Part shown: piece by piece, positions 19,803 through 30,184 of the stretch | Numbering within the stretch: the stretch's first letter is position 1 | How the letters are laid out: every line of letters starts with the position of its first letter | Origin: an uncultured virus (IMG/VR IMGVR_UViG_3300044699_000169) | Lineage: Duplodnaviria > Heunggongvirae > Uroviricota > Caudoviricetes | IMG/VR virus record: IMGVR_UViG_3300044699_000169 | Strand: one strand, 5' to 3' | Length of the DNA stretch: 64,000 bases | Notes under the pieces: generated by a model | Told to the model about the DNA's origin: nothing | The model's database searches: none | The model's input: the letters and a program-made list of their open reading frames with translations, nothing else | Position numbers and translations under genes: made by a program

Positions 19803-21382
19803 CTCACCTGAATTACCGTATAGCAGGTGCGCCAGTTCACCGTGTCGGCAGCATCGCCTTCAACCGTTAGGATCACATCGTTTCCGGAGGTTGCAATATT
19901 GGCGTTCCATCCTCCGACTCCACCCGATTCTCGGGTAAACGGAGTGCCTACAGCACCTTCGATCGTCGCTCCACCTCCGCCTTCTCTGTAGGCAACAGCC
20001 TCGCGTACATATCCAGCGCGGGAGGCGGGAGCATTCGTCTGCCGAGCTACGGTTTCCGCACGAATGTAATAGACCGTATCGTCAGAAAGAGGGATTGTCG
20101 CGATCGTCGTAACCGTATTATCGGTCGTCGTAACGGTCGCACAGGTCTCACTGCCAGCACCTTGAAATCCCTGATTCCCCTGGTTTCCCTGATGGCCTTG
20201 ATTCCCCTGGTTTCCTTGGTTTCCCTGCGGTCCAGGGTTTGTTCCTTGGAATCCCTGGTTTCCTTGCGGCCCCTGGAACCCTTGATTTCCTTGGTTTCCC
20301 TGAGGGCCCTGCAGACCTTGCGGGCCAGCGTTCCCTTGGGATCCCTGGTTTCCCTGGTTCCCCTGCGGTCCGATATTTCCTTGGAACCCTTGGTTCCCTT
20401 GATTGCCCTGAGGCCCCTGGAGTCCTTGGTTGCCCTGATTCCCCTGCGGTCCTTCGTTCCCCTGGAATCCCTGCAGCCCCTGGTTTCCCTGATTGCCCTG
20501 TGGACCGACGTTTCCCTGATTTCCTTGGGCTCCCTGATTCCCCTGCAGCCCAGCATTTCCCTGGAATCCCTGATTACCCTGAGGCCCTTGGAGCCCTTGG
20601 CTCCCTTGATTGCCCTGGGGCCCTTCGTTCCCCTGGAATCCTTGATTGCCCTGATTCCCCTGAGGTCCGACATTCCCCTGGAATCCCTGATTCCCTTGTG
20701 GTCCCTGAACTCCCGCTTGGGACGGTCCCTGGAATCCCTGGTTCCCCTGGAGTCCTTGGTTGCCCTGATTCCCCTGCGGTCCTTCGTTCCCCTGGAATCC
20801 CTGCAGCCCCTGGTTTCCCTGATTGCCCTGCGGACCGACGTTTCCCTGATTTCCTTGGGCTCCCTGAAGACCTTGTGGACCGAAATTCCCCTGATTTCCC
20901 TGTGGACCGACGTTGCCTTGATTTCCCTGAGCTCCCTGCAGGCCCTGCGGACCGAACGCGCCCTGATTTCCCTGAGGACCGAGAGCGCCCTGACTTCCTT
21001 GGTTCCCCTGCAATCCCTGTGGACCGGAAACTCCTTGAGGGCCTTGCGGCCCGATGTTTCCTTGAGGCCCGACGTTTCCCTGAGGACCCTGCGCTCCCTG
21101 ATTTCCTTGAGGGCCCTGCGATCCGCCTCCGCCTCCAGCGGGACCTTGATTGCCCTGGTTGCCTTGATTTCCCTGAGTCCCGCTTCCTCCGCCTCCGGTG
21201 CCTGCCGGACCTTGAAAGCCGCGCTCGCCGCGGCCGCCGCCGCCGATGATCGCCGGTCCTTGGTAGCAACTAGACTGTTGAAAGCCGATGATGTCACGAA
21301 GGCGAACGGCGTCGTCGAGATCTTTGGGTGCGCCGAGCCGGCGGATCCGGCCCCACTTCATGTCTTTGTCGAGGTCGCTCAT
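19799..21382 (-). CDS. collagen-like (Gly-X-Gln) fibre protein
   Basis: About 110 G-X-Y triplets (GPQ/GNQ/GFQ/GLQ) followed by a globular C-terminal domain. Confidence 0.9.
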   Translation of the reverse strand: MSDLDKDMKWGRIRRLGAPKDLDDAVRLRDIIGFQQSSCYQGPAIIGGGGRGERGFQGPAGTGGGGSGTQGNQGNQGNQGPAGGGGGSQGPQGNQGAQGPQGNVGPQGNIGPQGPQGVSGPQGLQGNQGSQGALGPQGNQGAFGPQGLQGAQGNQGNVGPQGNQGNFGPQGLQGAQGNQGNVGPQGNQGNQGLQGFQGNEGPQGNQGNQGLQGNQGFQGPSQAGVQGPQGNQGFQGNVGPQGNQGNQGFQGNEGPQGNQGSQGLQGPQGNQGFQGNAGLQGNQGAQGNQGNVGPQGNQGNQGLQGFQGNEGPQGNQGNQGLQGPQGNQGNQGFQGNIGPQGNQGNQGSQGNAGPQGLQGPQGNQGNQGFQGPQGNQGFQGTNPGPQGNQGNQGNQGHQGNQGNQGFQGAGSETCATVTTTDNTVTTIATIPLSDDTVYYIRAETVARQTNAPASRAGYVREAVAYREGGGGATIEGAVGTPFTRESGGVGGWNANIATSGNDVILTVEGDAADTVNWRTCYTVIQVS

Positions 21383-21391
21383 GGCGAACGA

Positions 21392-22111
21392 CTACTTCTC
21401 TTTGACGACCATGTAGATCACTGCAGCGGTCGCGGCGAGAGCGGTAAAGATCGCAAAAGGAAGAAGGAAGGAAAAGTCTGTTGATTTTTTCTCTTCCGCC
21501 TGTGCGAGCTGGATCTGTACTGGGGATCTGTAGGTGTGACCGAGAGAAGACTTGAGGGAGGAGACCGCTTCCTGCTGACGGCGGGCATTCTCCTGCTTCA
21601 TGGAGAGCTCGCGCCGCATCATCTCGAGGCGCTTCTCTTCCATGTCCAGATACGCCCTCTGGGAATCCGCCTCGAGGGCCGCGCGATCGGCGGAAAGCTC
21701 CATCACCGAGAAGTCTCCGTCCGAAAAGCGGCGCATGTTCGCCATCGCTTCGGCGGTCAAGGTTTCGAGCCGACGAAGCGTTGCCAGGCCGCCCTGGGAA
21801 AGGTTAAGCGACTGTCCGGTCCTGCCCGCCTCCTCGATCGCGTCGATCACGCCCGAGAAGCTTTCGCCCTGCATCACGGCGAAGATCTCGATCACGATCG
21901 TCTCGACGCCGGCCTGCCGCGCAACGTTGCGGTTGTTGTGGACGAAATTAAGAAGGAGCTCCGCCGTCGAAACGGAATTCCTGGCGGCTCCCAAAAGCTC
22001 CACCGTCCGGGCCGCGTCGAAGGTCGTAAGAGGGGAAGCCGGCCCTTGCATCTGAGCCTGCGTGGCTCTTGCAATCCCAGAAAGAGGGTATCGAGGAACG
22101 GCCGTATTCAT
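21392..22111 (-). CDS. coiled-coil protein with C-terminal TM anchor
   Basis: IQLAQ motif, then FLLPFAIFTALAATAAVIYMVVKEK. Confidence 0.7.
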   Translation of the reverse strand: MNTAVPRYPLSGIARATQAQMQGPASPLTTFDAARTVELLGAARNSVSTAELLLNFVHNNRNVARQAGVETIVIEIFAVMQGESFSGVIDAIEEAGRTGQSLNLSQGGLATLRRLETLTAEAMANMRRFSDGDFSVMELSADRAALEADSQRAYLDMEEKRLEMMRRELSMKQENARRQQEAVSSLKSSLGHTYRSPVQIQLAQAEEKKSTDFSFLLPFAIFTALAATAAVIYMVVKEK

Positions 22112-22246
22112 CGGACTCCGATCCTGTCGGGGCAAAGGAGGCCTCTATGCACGATCGGCACCCCAATATTTGGAAGGCTCATAGAGAGTTTACAGGGGCA
22201 GAAAGCCGATTCCAATGGAAACCTGAAGTCGTGCCTCCAGGCCACC

Positions 22247-23077
22247 TCAGGGACAGCAGAATTCTGCCCCGTCTGGGATGTTCCCGTTCGCGAAGAAGAT
22301 GCTGTCGAAGGAGCCCTTCCCGTCGGCCTCGTCGTTGTCCGTGATGATGATGTCCATGACGGAAGGGGTTCCGGTAACAGGCCCAGGGGCGAAAGGTATA
22401 AGCAGAATATTCACACCGTCCACCGTCAGGGTGAGGTTGCCCAGGCCATCATCCTTGAGGATGACCGAGTGCGTCGCCCCCTGCACCGGCGTCCATGTGA
22501 ACGTATAGAGATTCGTCAGGTTTCCGGCAAAGCCAGTTCCATCACCCGTAAACTGGGCGAGAGCCACCGCGTTGCCGGCGCTGTCGAAGGCCCCGATGAT
22601 ATAGATTTTGTTGAAGGTCGGGGTAAAGTTGATCTCAGTGAACTGGAACCTCAACGTCCACGCTCCCGCCGGAGTCAGGACGGATTTTCTGATCTCGCCC
22701 TGAGGGAGGGACATGAAGAGTGGACCGCTCCCGAGGTAGACCTTCTGGTCCGCGAAGACAACGGTGCCTGGTGGAGTCTCCACGCTCCAGCCGACGTTTC
22801 CCGTGGTGAAGCAGTCGGCGAAGAGGTCGGCGGTGATGCACGCCGGAGTCGGAGGAGCTGGGGTCGGCGCTGGAGAAGGCGCGCCTCCCGCGCTGTTCGA
22901 AAATAGACCGCTTGCCGGGCCTCCCGTAGGACTGAACGCACTCCTCGAGACGGGCGCAACCCTTCGGTTCTCGACGACGAAGAAGCACTGCTGCTTCGAA
23001 GGCGGCTGATTCCTGGACGGCAGCGGGCAGACCTTCCGGATCAGAGGACGGTTGGGACGGTTCTGCTTCCTATCCAT
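22247..23077 (-). CDS. beta-sandwich/lectin-like putative virion protein
   Basis: Basic Cys N-terminus, PSPAPTPAPP linker, beta-rich domain ending FCCP; paralogue at 53919-54687. Confidence 0.6.
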   Translation of the reverse strand: MDRKQNRPNRPLIRKVCPLPSRNQPPSKQQCFFVVENRRVAPVSRSAFSPTGGPASGLFSNSAGGAPSPAPTPAPPTPACITADLFADCFTTGNVGWSVETPPGTVVFADQKVYLGSGPLFMSLPQGEIRKSVLTPAGAWTLRFQFTEINFTPTFNKIYIIGAFDSAGNAVALAQFTGDGTGFAGNLTNLYTFTWTPVQGATHSVILKDDGLGNLTLTVDGVNILLIPFAPGPVTGTPSVMDIIITDNDEADGKGSFDSIFFANGNIPDGAEFCCP

Positions 23078-23087
23078 CCCGATCCTC

Positions 23088-24083
23088 TTAATACGGACGC
23101 CGGACGAGCCTCACCTGCCCGAGCATCGCGCGGCCGCCCAGCGTCACGGGGACGCTGCTCGGCCCCATCCCGGCGGTGCCGAACGGCGCGCTGGGCGCCA
23201 TCCCAAATCCGCCGAAAGCGCCGATAGGCCGCGCGCCACTGTAGGTGGCCGGAGGGAATTTCCCCTTCTCGACACAGAGAAGGCTTCCGCCCACATTGTA
23301 GAGCTCTTTTCCTGGGGGGCACTGAGCCTCCGGAGCGATGGGAATCTGGCCGAGAAACGGTCCATTGATCATATCTTCTTCCTTTCGATGTCCCATCGTG
23401 AAAGGCGTTGCCGCGGCGGGAGCCATGTTGATGATGCCGCCGTATCCTCCGAAGCGCTGAAGCGCGTTGGCAGGAGAATATCCCGTCGCCACAGGAGGCG
23501 CATCCGGAACGCACCAGCCGCCTTCTGGAGGACGATGCTGTCCTTCAGGGCACGGCAGGCCCTGAGCCTGTTCTTCTCCTGGGAGCTCCTCAGGGATCAT
23601 TTCTTCAGGCTCGATCGTATGGGGATTGATGTATGGCGTTTCGGTCGGAGGAAGGAGCGATCTCGGATCGAAGCTTGGAACATCCATCGGCCCGATATCT
23701 TCGAGGGACTGGGGAGGCGTCTCGATCGGCGGCTGGAGCTGGGGCATTCCTTCGGATCCGGTCGTGGTGGTCGGCGGCGGCACCACCGGCTGCTGGATCG
23801 GAGTCCCTTCCCAGTAAGCTTTGTCGTACTTGAGGCACGCGTTGTACATTCTATACGCGTCGTCGTACTTCTTCCGTGCCTCCTCGAACTTCATCTGGGT
23901 ATAGGGATCGTTGACGAGATCCTCACGATACGGAGAGTTGGCCCGTCGCTGGATGCTCTGTTGGGAAAACGCGATTTCCTTCGCGGCCTCGTCCATCTTC
24001 CTCTTCCAATAGCCGCAGTCGACCGGCACATCGAATTGGCCGAGACGGCGAAGGGGAACCCGGCCGAGGAACGGTCCATGCAT
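23088..24083 (-). CDS. Pro-rich LGQ-motif protein
   Basis: GPFLGRVPLRRLGQ, GPFLGQIP, AMLGQVRL; paralogue of 60601-61407. Confidence 0.75.
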   Translation of the reverse strand: MHGPFLGRVPLRRLGQFDVPVDCGYWKRKMDEAAKEIAFSQQSIQRRANSPYREDLVNDPYTQMKFEEARKKYDDAYRMYNACLKYDKAYWEGTPIQQPVVPPPTTTTGSEGMPQLQPPIETPPQSLEDIGPMDVPSFDPRSLLPPTETPYINPHTIEPEEMIPEELPGEEQAQGLPCPEGQHRPPEGGWCVPDAPPVATGYSPANALQRFGGYGGIINMAPAAATPFTMGHRKEEDMINGPFLGQIPIAPEAQCPPGKELYNVGGSLLCVEKGKFPPATYSGARPIGAFGGFGMAPSAPFGTAGMGPSSVPVTLGGRAMLGQVRLVRRPY

Positions 24084-24098
24084 AGGTGTTCCCTTTCT

Positions 24099-24567
24099 TT
24101 AGACCCGGGCGAGATTTCTGATGATCCGGATCAGCCGCTCGAAATCCGCCGCCGTTTCGACGGTCCCGGAATCCTTGAGGTCTGGGACGAGCGTGTTCTC
24201 GATCCAGAGGACGAACTTCGCATCGTCCTTCGACATGCGCCCGGTGGGCTCTTCAGCCTCCCCGCCAAGGACCGGCGCCGGCAGCTTCTTGAGCGTGGCG
24301 AATCTCTTGATCGGAATAAGCGCCCGCTCGAACTCTCTCGCCGACGGCGCCACTCCACGACCGGTGATGTTGTTCATGAGCTGCGCGACGAGGTCTTCCA
24401 GCTTGGCCGCCGGACGCGTTCCAGCCGACCAGTAGGCCCAGCCGTCGGAGTTCTGATTGACGATATCGCGCCAGTCGCTCGAGAAACTTCACGTAGGGAA
24501 GGAAGACCGGGGTATATTGCCCGACCACCTCGAGCGCTCGGTCGATCTCGTACTCATTCAGTCGCAT
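24099..24567 (-). CDS. hypothetical protein (frameshifted in this read)
   Basis: MRLNEYEID start joins 24099..24377 only via frameshift. Confidence 0.5.
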
Positions 24568-24580
24568 TTTTGACCCCAGA

Positions 24581-25174
24581 TCACTTCACCAATTCTACGG
24601 CATCCGGGATCTCGATGTCCACAATCCTGCGGATCAGGCTGTCCTTCTTCCAGTTTTCTGGGTGGGAATCCGAATAGACGCCGACCGCCCAGACCCGGAG
24701 GCGATCCTTCTCGTCCGCTGGGATCGTAACTGATGCGACCAGGATGTCGTCGAAATGAGTCATCGTGGCGTCGAGACTGAGCGCGCGGAGCTCTGGGAGA
24801 CGCCTAAGCCTCGCCTTCCCGACGCTCTCCCGGATCCACCAATCGAACAGGCTCTTCACCTTCTCGTAGAACCACTCGACGCCGATCGGCTGCTTGCCGA
24901 TCGTCGTCAGTCTCGAGCGGATGATGATCTGGTAGGAGATCCCCACGATGAGCGCGCGGAGCATGGCGCTCTGGACTTCCTTCAAGGAGTCGATCTGGCC
25001 CCCGAAGTTGTAAAGAAGCATCGCGCCGCCAGCGTTGAGGATCCCAAAAGCCGTCGCCTGAGGAAGGAACGTGCGCGAAGGTCGTCCTTTCCAACGGTCG
25101 ATAAGATCAGAGGTCGTTCCGAGAAAGGCGAGGACCGAAGGCGAGGGCGTAAGGCATCCAAAAGGAGACGTCAT
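24581..25174 (-). CDS. membrane protein
   Basis: Several hydrophobic segments in the N-terminal half. Confidence 0.6.
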   Translation of the reverse strand: MTSPFGCLTPSPSVLAFLGTTSDLIDRWKGRPSRTFLPQATAFGILNAGGAMLLYNFGGQIDSLKEVQSAMLRALIVGISYQIIIRSRLTTIGKQPIGVEWFYEKVKSLFDWWIRESVGKARLRRLPELRALSLDATMTHFDDILVASVTIPADEKDRLRVWAVGVYSDSHPENWKKDSLIRRIVDIEIPDAVELVK

Positions 25175-25277
25175 TCCCGCTCGTCATAACTCAATGAGCG
25201 CCCTAACTTGAACTAGGGGACGTCACTCAAATCACGGTTTGATTATACCAAAGTGAACGTCAAATTAGGACGCGCTA

Positions 25278-25637
25278 CTAGATGCCGCCGGCCTTTTCCC
25301 GGCGGGCCCGGTCCCGGGCCTGTTTGAAGACGTTTGCGACTTCCGGCATCGCTGCAGCGGGAGCTGCGGCAGGCATGGGCATGGGTCGAATGATCTTGAA
25401 CGTCCCGCTCTTCTCCTTCTTTTCTTGGGCGACGGGAACGTCCAGGCAGACGTCTCCGGGAAGATAGAAGTCCCCTTCCTTTTTCGCGAAGCTCTTCGCG
25501 ACCAGACCGGAAACGGATGCCTCCACTTCGCTGGGACGCAGGAGAAGATCCGCGGCGAGCGCTGGGATCGTAGCGCGCCCCTGGGTCTTCAGATGAACCA
25601 GGATGGCGTATTCGACCGCGGTAAACGATTCGGACAT
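25278..25637 (-). CDS. winged-helix DNA-binding protein
   Basis: ILVHLKTQGRATIPALAADLLLRPSEVEASVSGLVAKSF wHTH pattern; GGAGAGG RBS. Confidence 0.6.
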   Translation of the reverse strand: MSESFTAVEYAILVHLKTQGRATIPALAADLLLRPSEVEASVSGLVAKSFAKKEGDFYLPGDVCLDVPVAQEKKEKSGTFKIIRPMPMPAAAPAAAMPEVANVFKQARDRARREKAGGI

Positions 25638-25770
25638 GGTCCTCTCCGGTTCGAGTTAGCGCCGCCCTCATCAATCATGCCCCGCCTGCACGAAGATGTC
25701 AACAGGCGGTCCATCTCAGGACGCGCTTCCACGCTATCTACGACAAATTCACTTGCTGGTAGCAGCCTTC

Positions 25771-26621
25771 CTAGCCGTTCACCAGGTTGTTGTCCAGCGC
25801 CACCGCCGTCTGCGCGAGCAGCTTTCCGAACACGACGCGCCGGTCTGCACGGCAACGTTCGTCTGAGCCAGGAATGTTGCCCCTGAACGTCGCGCCCGGA
25901 CCGATCGTGACGGCGTCCGGTGACCTGCCAGATCACGTTCGCGGGAACCGCCCCACCGATCATGATGATGTTCATCGCGGCAGCGAGATCGAGAGTCCCG
26001 TTGACCTGGAAGATCCAGGTGTCGTTGGGGCCTCCCGCCAGGATGAGGTCGGACGCGATCAGGACGTTGGAATTCCAGCGATACGTGCCTGGCGCAAGCG
26101 TGAGGCCGCCGATCAGGCCAGGCGTTGAGGCCTGTGACGTCGGGGACCCTGCTCGCGGCGTCGGTATACGCGGCTTCCATGTCCAGGACCGCTTGGGTGA
26201 GCATGGCGGGCGTCGGAGGCGCGTAGTCGGCAGCGTAGACCCGCCCATTGCCACCTGGGCCGAGGTCGAGAACTGTCCAGAGCCGTCGAGGACCAGAGCG
26301 AATCCGGTGATCGGCGGCAGCGGCGATCGGGACTCACGCCCATTTTGCCGATGATCTGAGAAGGTCGGGACGTTGGTGATGCCCGCCTTCGTCAGGATCT
26401 TGAAGAACGCGGCCGACAGGAGAGGTACCGGATCGGGGCCAAGCCTCGCGTCGATCGCCGCGGCGGCACCGGGAACATCCAGCGGAGACGTGAAGCGTCC
26501 GCCGTTGTTCCACGGAGTGGACGTGGGTCCTCCCCGAACGCGCCTCGATACGTACCGGGTTTGCAGGGAGGGCAAGGCGCTGGGGTGAAGCGACGTCTCG
26601 GGGGAATTGTCTTGGCGCCAT
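25771..26621 (-). CDS. ice-binding-like protein (DUF3494), frameshifted in this read
   Basis: Across frames: ILTKAGITNVP..GVSP..ITGFALVLD..AVLDMEAAYTDAASR..GGLTLAPGTYRW..WIFQV..NVIWQV..LAQT. Confidence 0.8.
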
Positions 26622-26701
26622 ATCACCTCTCCTGTCAAAATTTCTTCGTGAAGCCGACCTGCCTTACCTCATAAGAATGATCAAGCTTCCCATGGATTGT
26701 A

Positions 26702-28153
26702 TCAAGTCCCTTGCAAAGTATTGACCCAAAAAATCTCCTCGCCGACCGTGTACCGCACGCCGATCAGACCGCCATCGGAAGCGCCGGTCTGGAGGGACGG
26801 TGCCGTTGCGGTGAAGATACGGTTCGCAACGTCTTGATAGAGAGGATCGACGGTCTGATCGGTCGCATCCAGAGCCTTCCCTGTAGCAGAGAAGTTGAAG
26901 ACATCGTTGTGGTCTTCGGTGACGCCCGTGGCGCTGAACGTGATCCCGGTCCCGTTGCACGACATCGCCGAATCCTGGACCACGTAAGGCGTTCCGTTCG
27001 AGCGTCGCATCACCACGCCGCCGCCGCCCACGGTGGGAGAGGCGTAGACGCAGTTTCTGATCGTCATGCTTCCCGCGGCAAGGCGGAGCTCGTACCCAAT
27101 CCGGCAGTTATAGGCCACGCAATTACGGCAGCTCGTAGTTCCACCAAAGCCGATCGCGATACCGGGCAGGCCGTCATGCATGAAAGCCTGCGGGTTCCCG
27201 TTCGTGCCGATCTGGTCGCAGAGCACGTCTTCCACGATCGTGTTCGCGTTCTGGACGACCACGCCCTTCATGTTGCTGAGGGCGCTGGCCAAAACCGCAT
27301 CCTGGCGCACGATCTTGCAATTCTGGATCCAGACGTTCTGGAACCCGCCGATCGTGATCGCGCCCCACTGGAGGCCGCCGACGGCGGTCACGGCGGATGT
27401 GTTCAGGAACGAGCAGCGATGAACCCAGACGTTGTCGTTCACGGTCACGCCGTCGCCGAAGAGCGTAAGCCCGGGGCACCCGTCGCCGGCCGTCGCCGCG
27501 GGTTCCGAGAACGTGCAATCTTCCAGGATGATCCGGTCCAAGGAGGCTCCACCCGCCAGTTGGGACCAGAACACGATCCCGGTGCGGCCCAGATCGCTGA
27601 TGTTATGCGAGCCGCTGTTTCCGTTCCCGATGAAGGTGATACCTCGGAACCGAAGGCCGTTCACGGTCCCCTGGATGTCCACGGCATGGTCGAAGGGCCC
27701 CGAATTGGCCGTGATGGAAGGTGTTTGCCCAGCAGCCGCCCGAATCGTCAGGTCGATCGGGTTCATGATGGTAATGGCGTCGTAGTTGAGAGAGTCCGTG
27801 ATTTCGATGGTGTCTCCCGGAGACGCACTACCCACGGCCGCCGCGAGCGCGGCACCGCCGCCGGAAATGAAAAATGTTGCTGGGCCTTCTGGAATCGTAA
27901 AGCCGACTGGGGTGAGCGTATCTTCGAAGGTAACTGGAGGAGGGGGAGGCGCTGGGGTCGGTGTTGGGGATGGCGCTGGCGACGCAGGTTGTCCGGCAGA
28001 ATTAGAGAACGGGAAAAGAACCGACGTCGGGAAAGTCGCCATCCCCGGCCGGTATTGCCCTGGAACCGATGTCCATCCCTTTGGACAGTTCCTCGTCTGA
28101 GGGCGACCGGGACGACACTTTCCGGTTGTGCGGGGAGGGATTTTGTTTGGCAT
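26702..28153 (-). CDS. pectin-lyase-like right-handed beta-helix protein
   Basis: AAAVGSASPGDTIEI, parallel beta-helix repeats, VDPLY..SLQTGASDGGLIG C-terminus. Confidence 0.75.
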   Translation of the reverse strand: MPNKIPPRTTGKCRPGRPQTRNCPKGWTSVPGQYRPGMATFPTSVLFPFSNSAGQPASPAPSPTPTPAPPPPPVTFEDTLTPVGFTIPEGPATFFISGGGAALAAAVGSASPGDTIEITDSLNYDAITIMNPIDLTIRAAAGQTPSITANSGPFDHAVDIQGTVNGLRFRGITFIGNGNSGSHNISDLGRTGIVFWSQLAGGASLDRIILEDCTFSEPAATAGDGCPGLTLFGDGVTVNDNVWVHRCSFLNTSAVTAVGGLQWGAITIGGFQNVWIQNCKIVRQDAVLASALSNMKGVVVQNANTIVEDVLCDQIGTNGNPQAFMHDGLPGIAIGFGGTTSCRNCVAYNCRIGYELRLAAGSMTIRNCVYASPTVGGGGVVMRRSNGTPYVVQDSAMSCNGTGITFSATGVTEDHNDVFNFSATGKALDATDQTVDPLYQDVANRIFTATAPSLQTGASDGGLIGVRYTVGEEIFWVNTLQGT

Positions 28154-28291
28154 TTAAGTGGTCGGACCTGTGGTCCTCCCCATCGCATCCTTGACCTGAA
28201 TGAAGCCGTTGACCGAGGGCTTCGTAGTACGCCGATTGAACATGGCCACCTCGCGATGACCATAGAATTGTACCCCGATCGGATGCCGGTT

Positions 28292-28495
28292 TCACGACCT
28301 TCTGGACGGAGCCCTTTTCGACGCCACCAGAAGTACGTTGGTCGCTCCGGTGGGCGTCATGACATTGCTATCGCGGGTCAGGATCGGATGCTTGGCCAGG
28401 ACGTCGACCAGATCCTGAAGCGCCTTCTCCTCGTCGTCGGTCTGGGCAATCAGATAGATGCTTGGATCGGATCCCTTCCTGACCTGAACGATCAT
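28292..28495 (-). CDS. hypothetical protein
   Basis: Short ORF with AGGAG RBS. Confidence 0.5.
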   Translation of the reverse strand: MIVQVRKGSDPSIYLIAQTDDEEKALQDLVDVLAKHPILTRDSNVMTPTGATNVLLVASKRAPSRRS

Positions 28496-28595
28496 TTTTC
28501 GATCTCCTGAAGCGCCTCTCTAGCCAAGAACTCCGACTTCGACATCGCCTCTCCGGTCGAGCAGCCGCCGCAGATGGCGTAAGTTCCTTCGATGC

Positions 28596-28865
28596 TCATC
28601 GAGATTCTCCCTTAGTTTCCCCTCTCAACCCACCAGGAACATCGACCCACGCCATAAGCGTATCGCGCGGGTGAGTTCTCTCCTTTCCGTCTTCCCATAG
28701 GACGGTCACGTCCCATATATCGAGTTCCTGGCGGTCCGCGTCGACGACGTTCCAGCCGTGATCCTTCACCACGAGACCGTAGTAAGGATTGAAGCCGTCA
28801 TTGTGGGCCGAAGCCGCGGCAGGGCCGGTAAGCATGACCTCTTCGCCTTGCTCTAGATTTCTCAC
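28596..28865 (-). CDS. hypothetical protein
   Basis: GTGA overlap with upstream gene. Confidence 0.55.
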   Translation of the reverse strand: MRNLEQGEEVMLTGPAAASAHNDGFNPYYGLVVKDHGWNVVDADRQELDIWDVTVLWEDGKERTHPRDTLMAWVDVPGGLRGETKGESR

Positions 28866-29122
28866 GACGACCTACGCTCTCGCTTATAGGTATGAGGCTC
28901 GACTAAACGGACCTTCCGATTTCCGAAAGGCCGTCGCCCTGTTTTCCGGACGACGATTTCGATTTCGTCGCCGTCGACGGCGCCAGCCTCGTTGATCAGC
29001 GTCTCCAAAACGTTCTGGTCGCTTATAAGTTCGTCGGTCTTCGGATCGTGGAGATGATTCCTGTACGGACGATGGTCCCGTCTCTCGTTCCAATAATCCG
29101 TAAGCACGAAGGTTTTCGGCAT
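28862..29122 (-). CDS. hypothetical protein
   Basis: Start MPKTFV overlapping methyltransferase stop. Confidence 0.6.
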   Translation of the reverse strand: MPKTFVLTDYWNERRDHRPYRNHLHDPKTDELISDQNVLETLINEAGAVDGDEIEIVVRKTGRRPFGNRKVRLVEPHTYKRERRSS

Positions 29123-29610
29123 CAGAAGATCCTTTCCCAAACGAGCGCGGTCTCTCCTTCAAGGCCAGCATTTTTGAGGACCGGCTTGAAGCTCGAAAAA
29201 TGCGGCCCAAGATCGTTCTTGAAATTTTTCTTGAGACCGACGTACATGATGAATCTCGCGTGGCACTCGGCGGCCCGAAAGATCACTTCCTCGGCGAACT
29301 CCCCATGGCAGGGTCTGCAGATCATGACGACGGACTCTTCCTTGTAGTTATAGGCCTCGGCATTGGAGAGTTCGACCGGGAACTCTTCCCCACCTTCCCT
29401 GCGATTGATGTCGATCGCTACGACCTTCATCCCGAGCTCCGAGAGCGCTTTTGCGACATGGCCGCAGCCGGCGCCGACATCATAGATCAGGCGATCGCCG
29501 TAGGTCTCCTTCATCCACTTCAGGAACCTCTTGGTAGGTTCGAAGAACTTGAGCTTCGGAAGGGTCTTCCCGAGACCCATCAAGGCCGCCTGGAGTCTCA
29601 TGCTGATCAT
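29122..29610 (-). CDS. class I SAM-dependent methyltransferase
   Basis: IYDVGAGCG motif I, VVAIDIN. Confidence 0.75.
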   Translation of the reverse strand: MISMRLQAALMGLGKTLPKLKFFEPTKRFLKWMKETYGDRLIYDVGAGCGHVAKALSELGMKVVAIDINRREGGEEFPVELSNAEAYNYKEESVVMICRPCHGEFAEEVIFRAAECHARFIMYVGLKKNFKNDLGPHFSSFKPVLKNAGLEGETALVWERIF

Positions 29611-30184
29611 TTTGCCTCCGCGAACCACGCCGGGATCTTCTCTTCCTGGTCCCCGTCATAGAAGTCCCAGACGTTTTCACCTTGTCCAGGCCGAGTGACT
29701 CCATCTCAGGCTTCACGTAGGCCATGAAAGTATGCGACGAGACGACCACGACGAGCGCCGAGGGATGGTCGGACGCCCACCGGACAACCGCTCTTGAGTT
29801 GTCCTCCATGAGGGAGGTCCCCGGCATCATCCCGCCGAAGTCATAGATCACAAGATCCGCCGACAGGTCCGGTGGCACGCACCTGGGCGTCGAGAACTCG
29901 AGCGCGTGGTCCTTCAGGATCTCCGAGAACTTCTTCTTGTACTCCTCGATCTCTTCTTCCGGGGACTGGATGCTCGTCCCCATGAAATCGACAATGATCG
30001 CGACCTTGAGCTTCTTCCGGCCCAACTCGCCGAACGACCTCGCCGTCTTGGCCTTCAGAGCTTCATGATCGAGCTTTGGAGCACACTTCCTGTGGAAAAG
30101 GTTCCCCTTTCCATCCGAGAGAGGTTCCCATCCTCGAAATGACTTCTTGCAGACCGAGCAGACTTCCTTCGCGATGGGCTTCAT
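29607..30184 (-). CDS. hypothetical protein (C-terminal frameshift)
   Basis: CSVC..HRKC N-terminus; Rossmann-like DLVIYDFGG. Confidence 0.5.

Noticed and set aside
20047..21484. Long repetitive ORFs in alternative frames and CRISPR-like periodicity
   Set aside because: Shadows of the 9-nt collagen repeat; no unique spacers and no cas genes.
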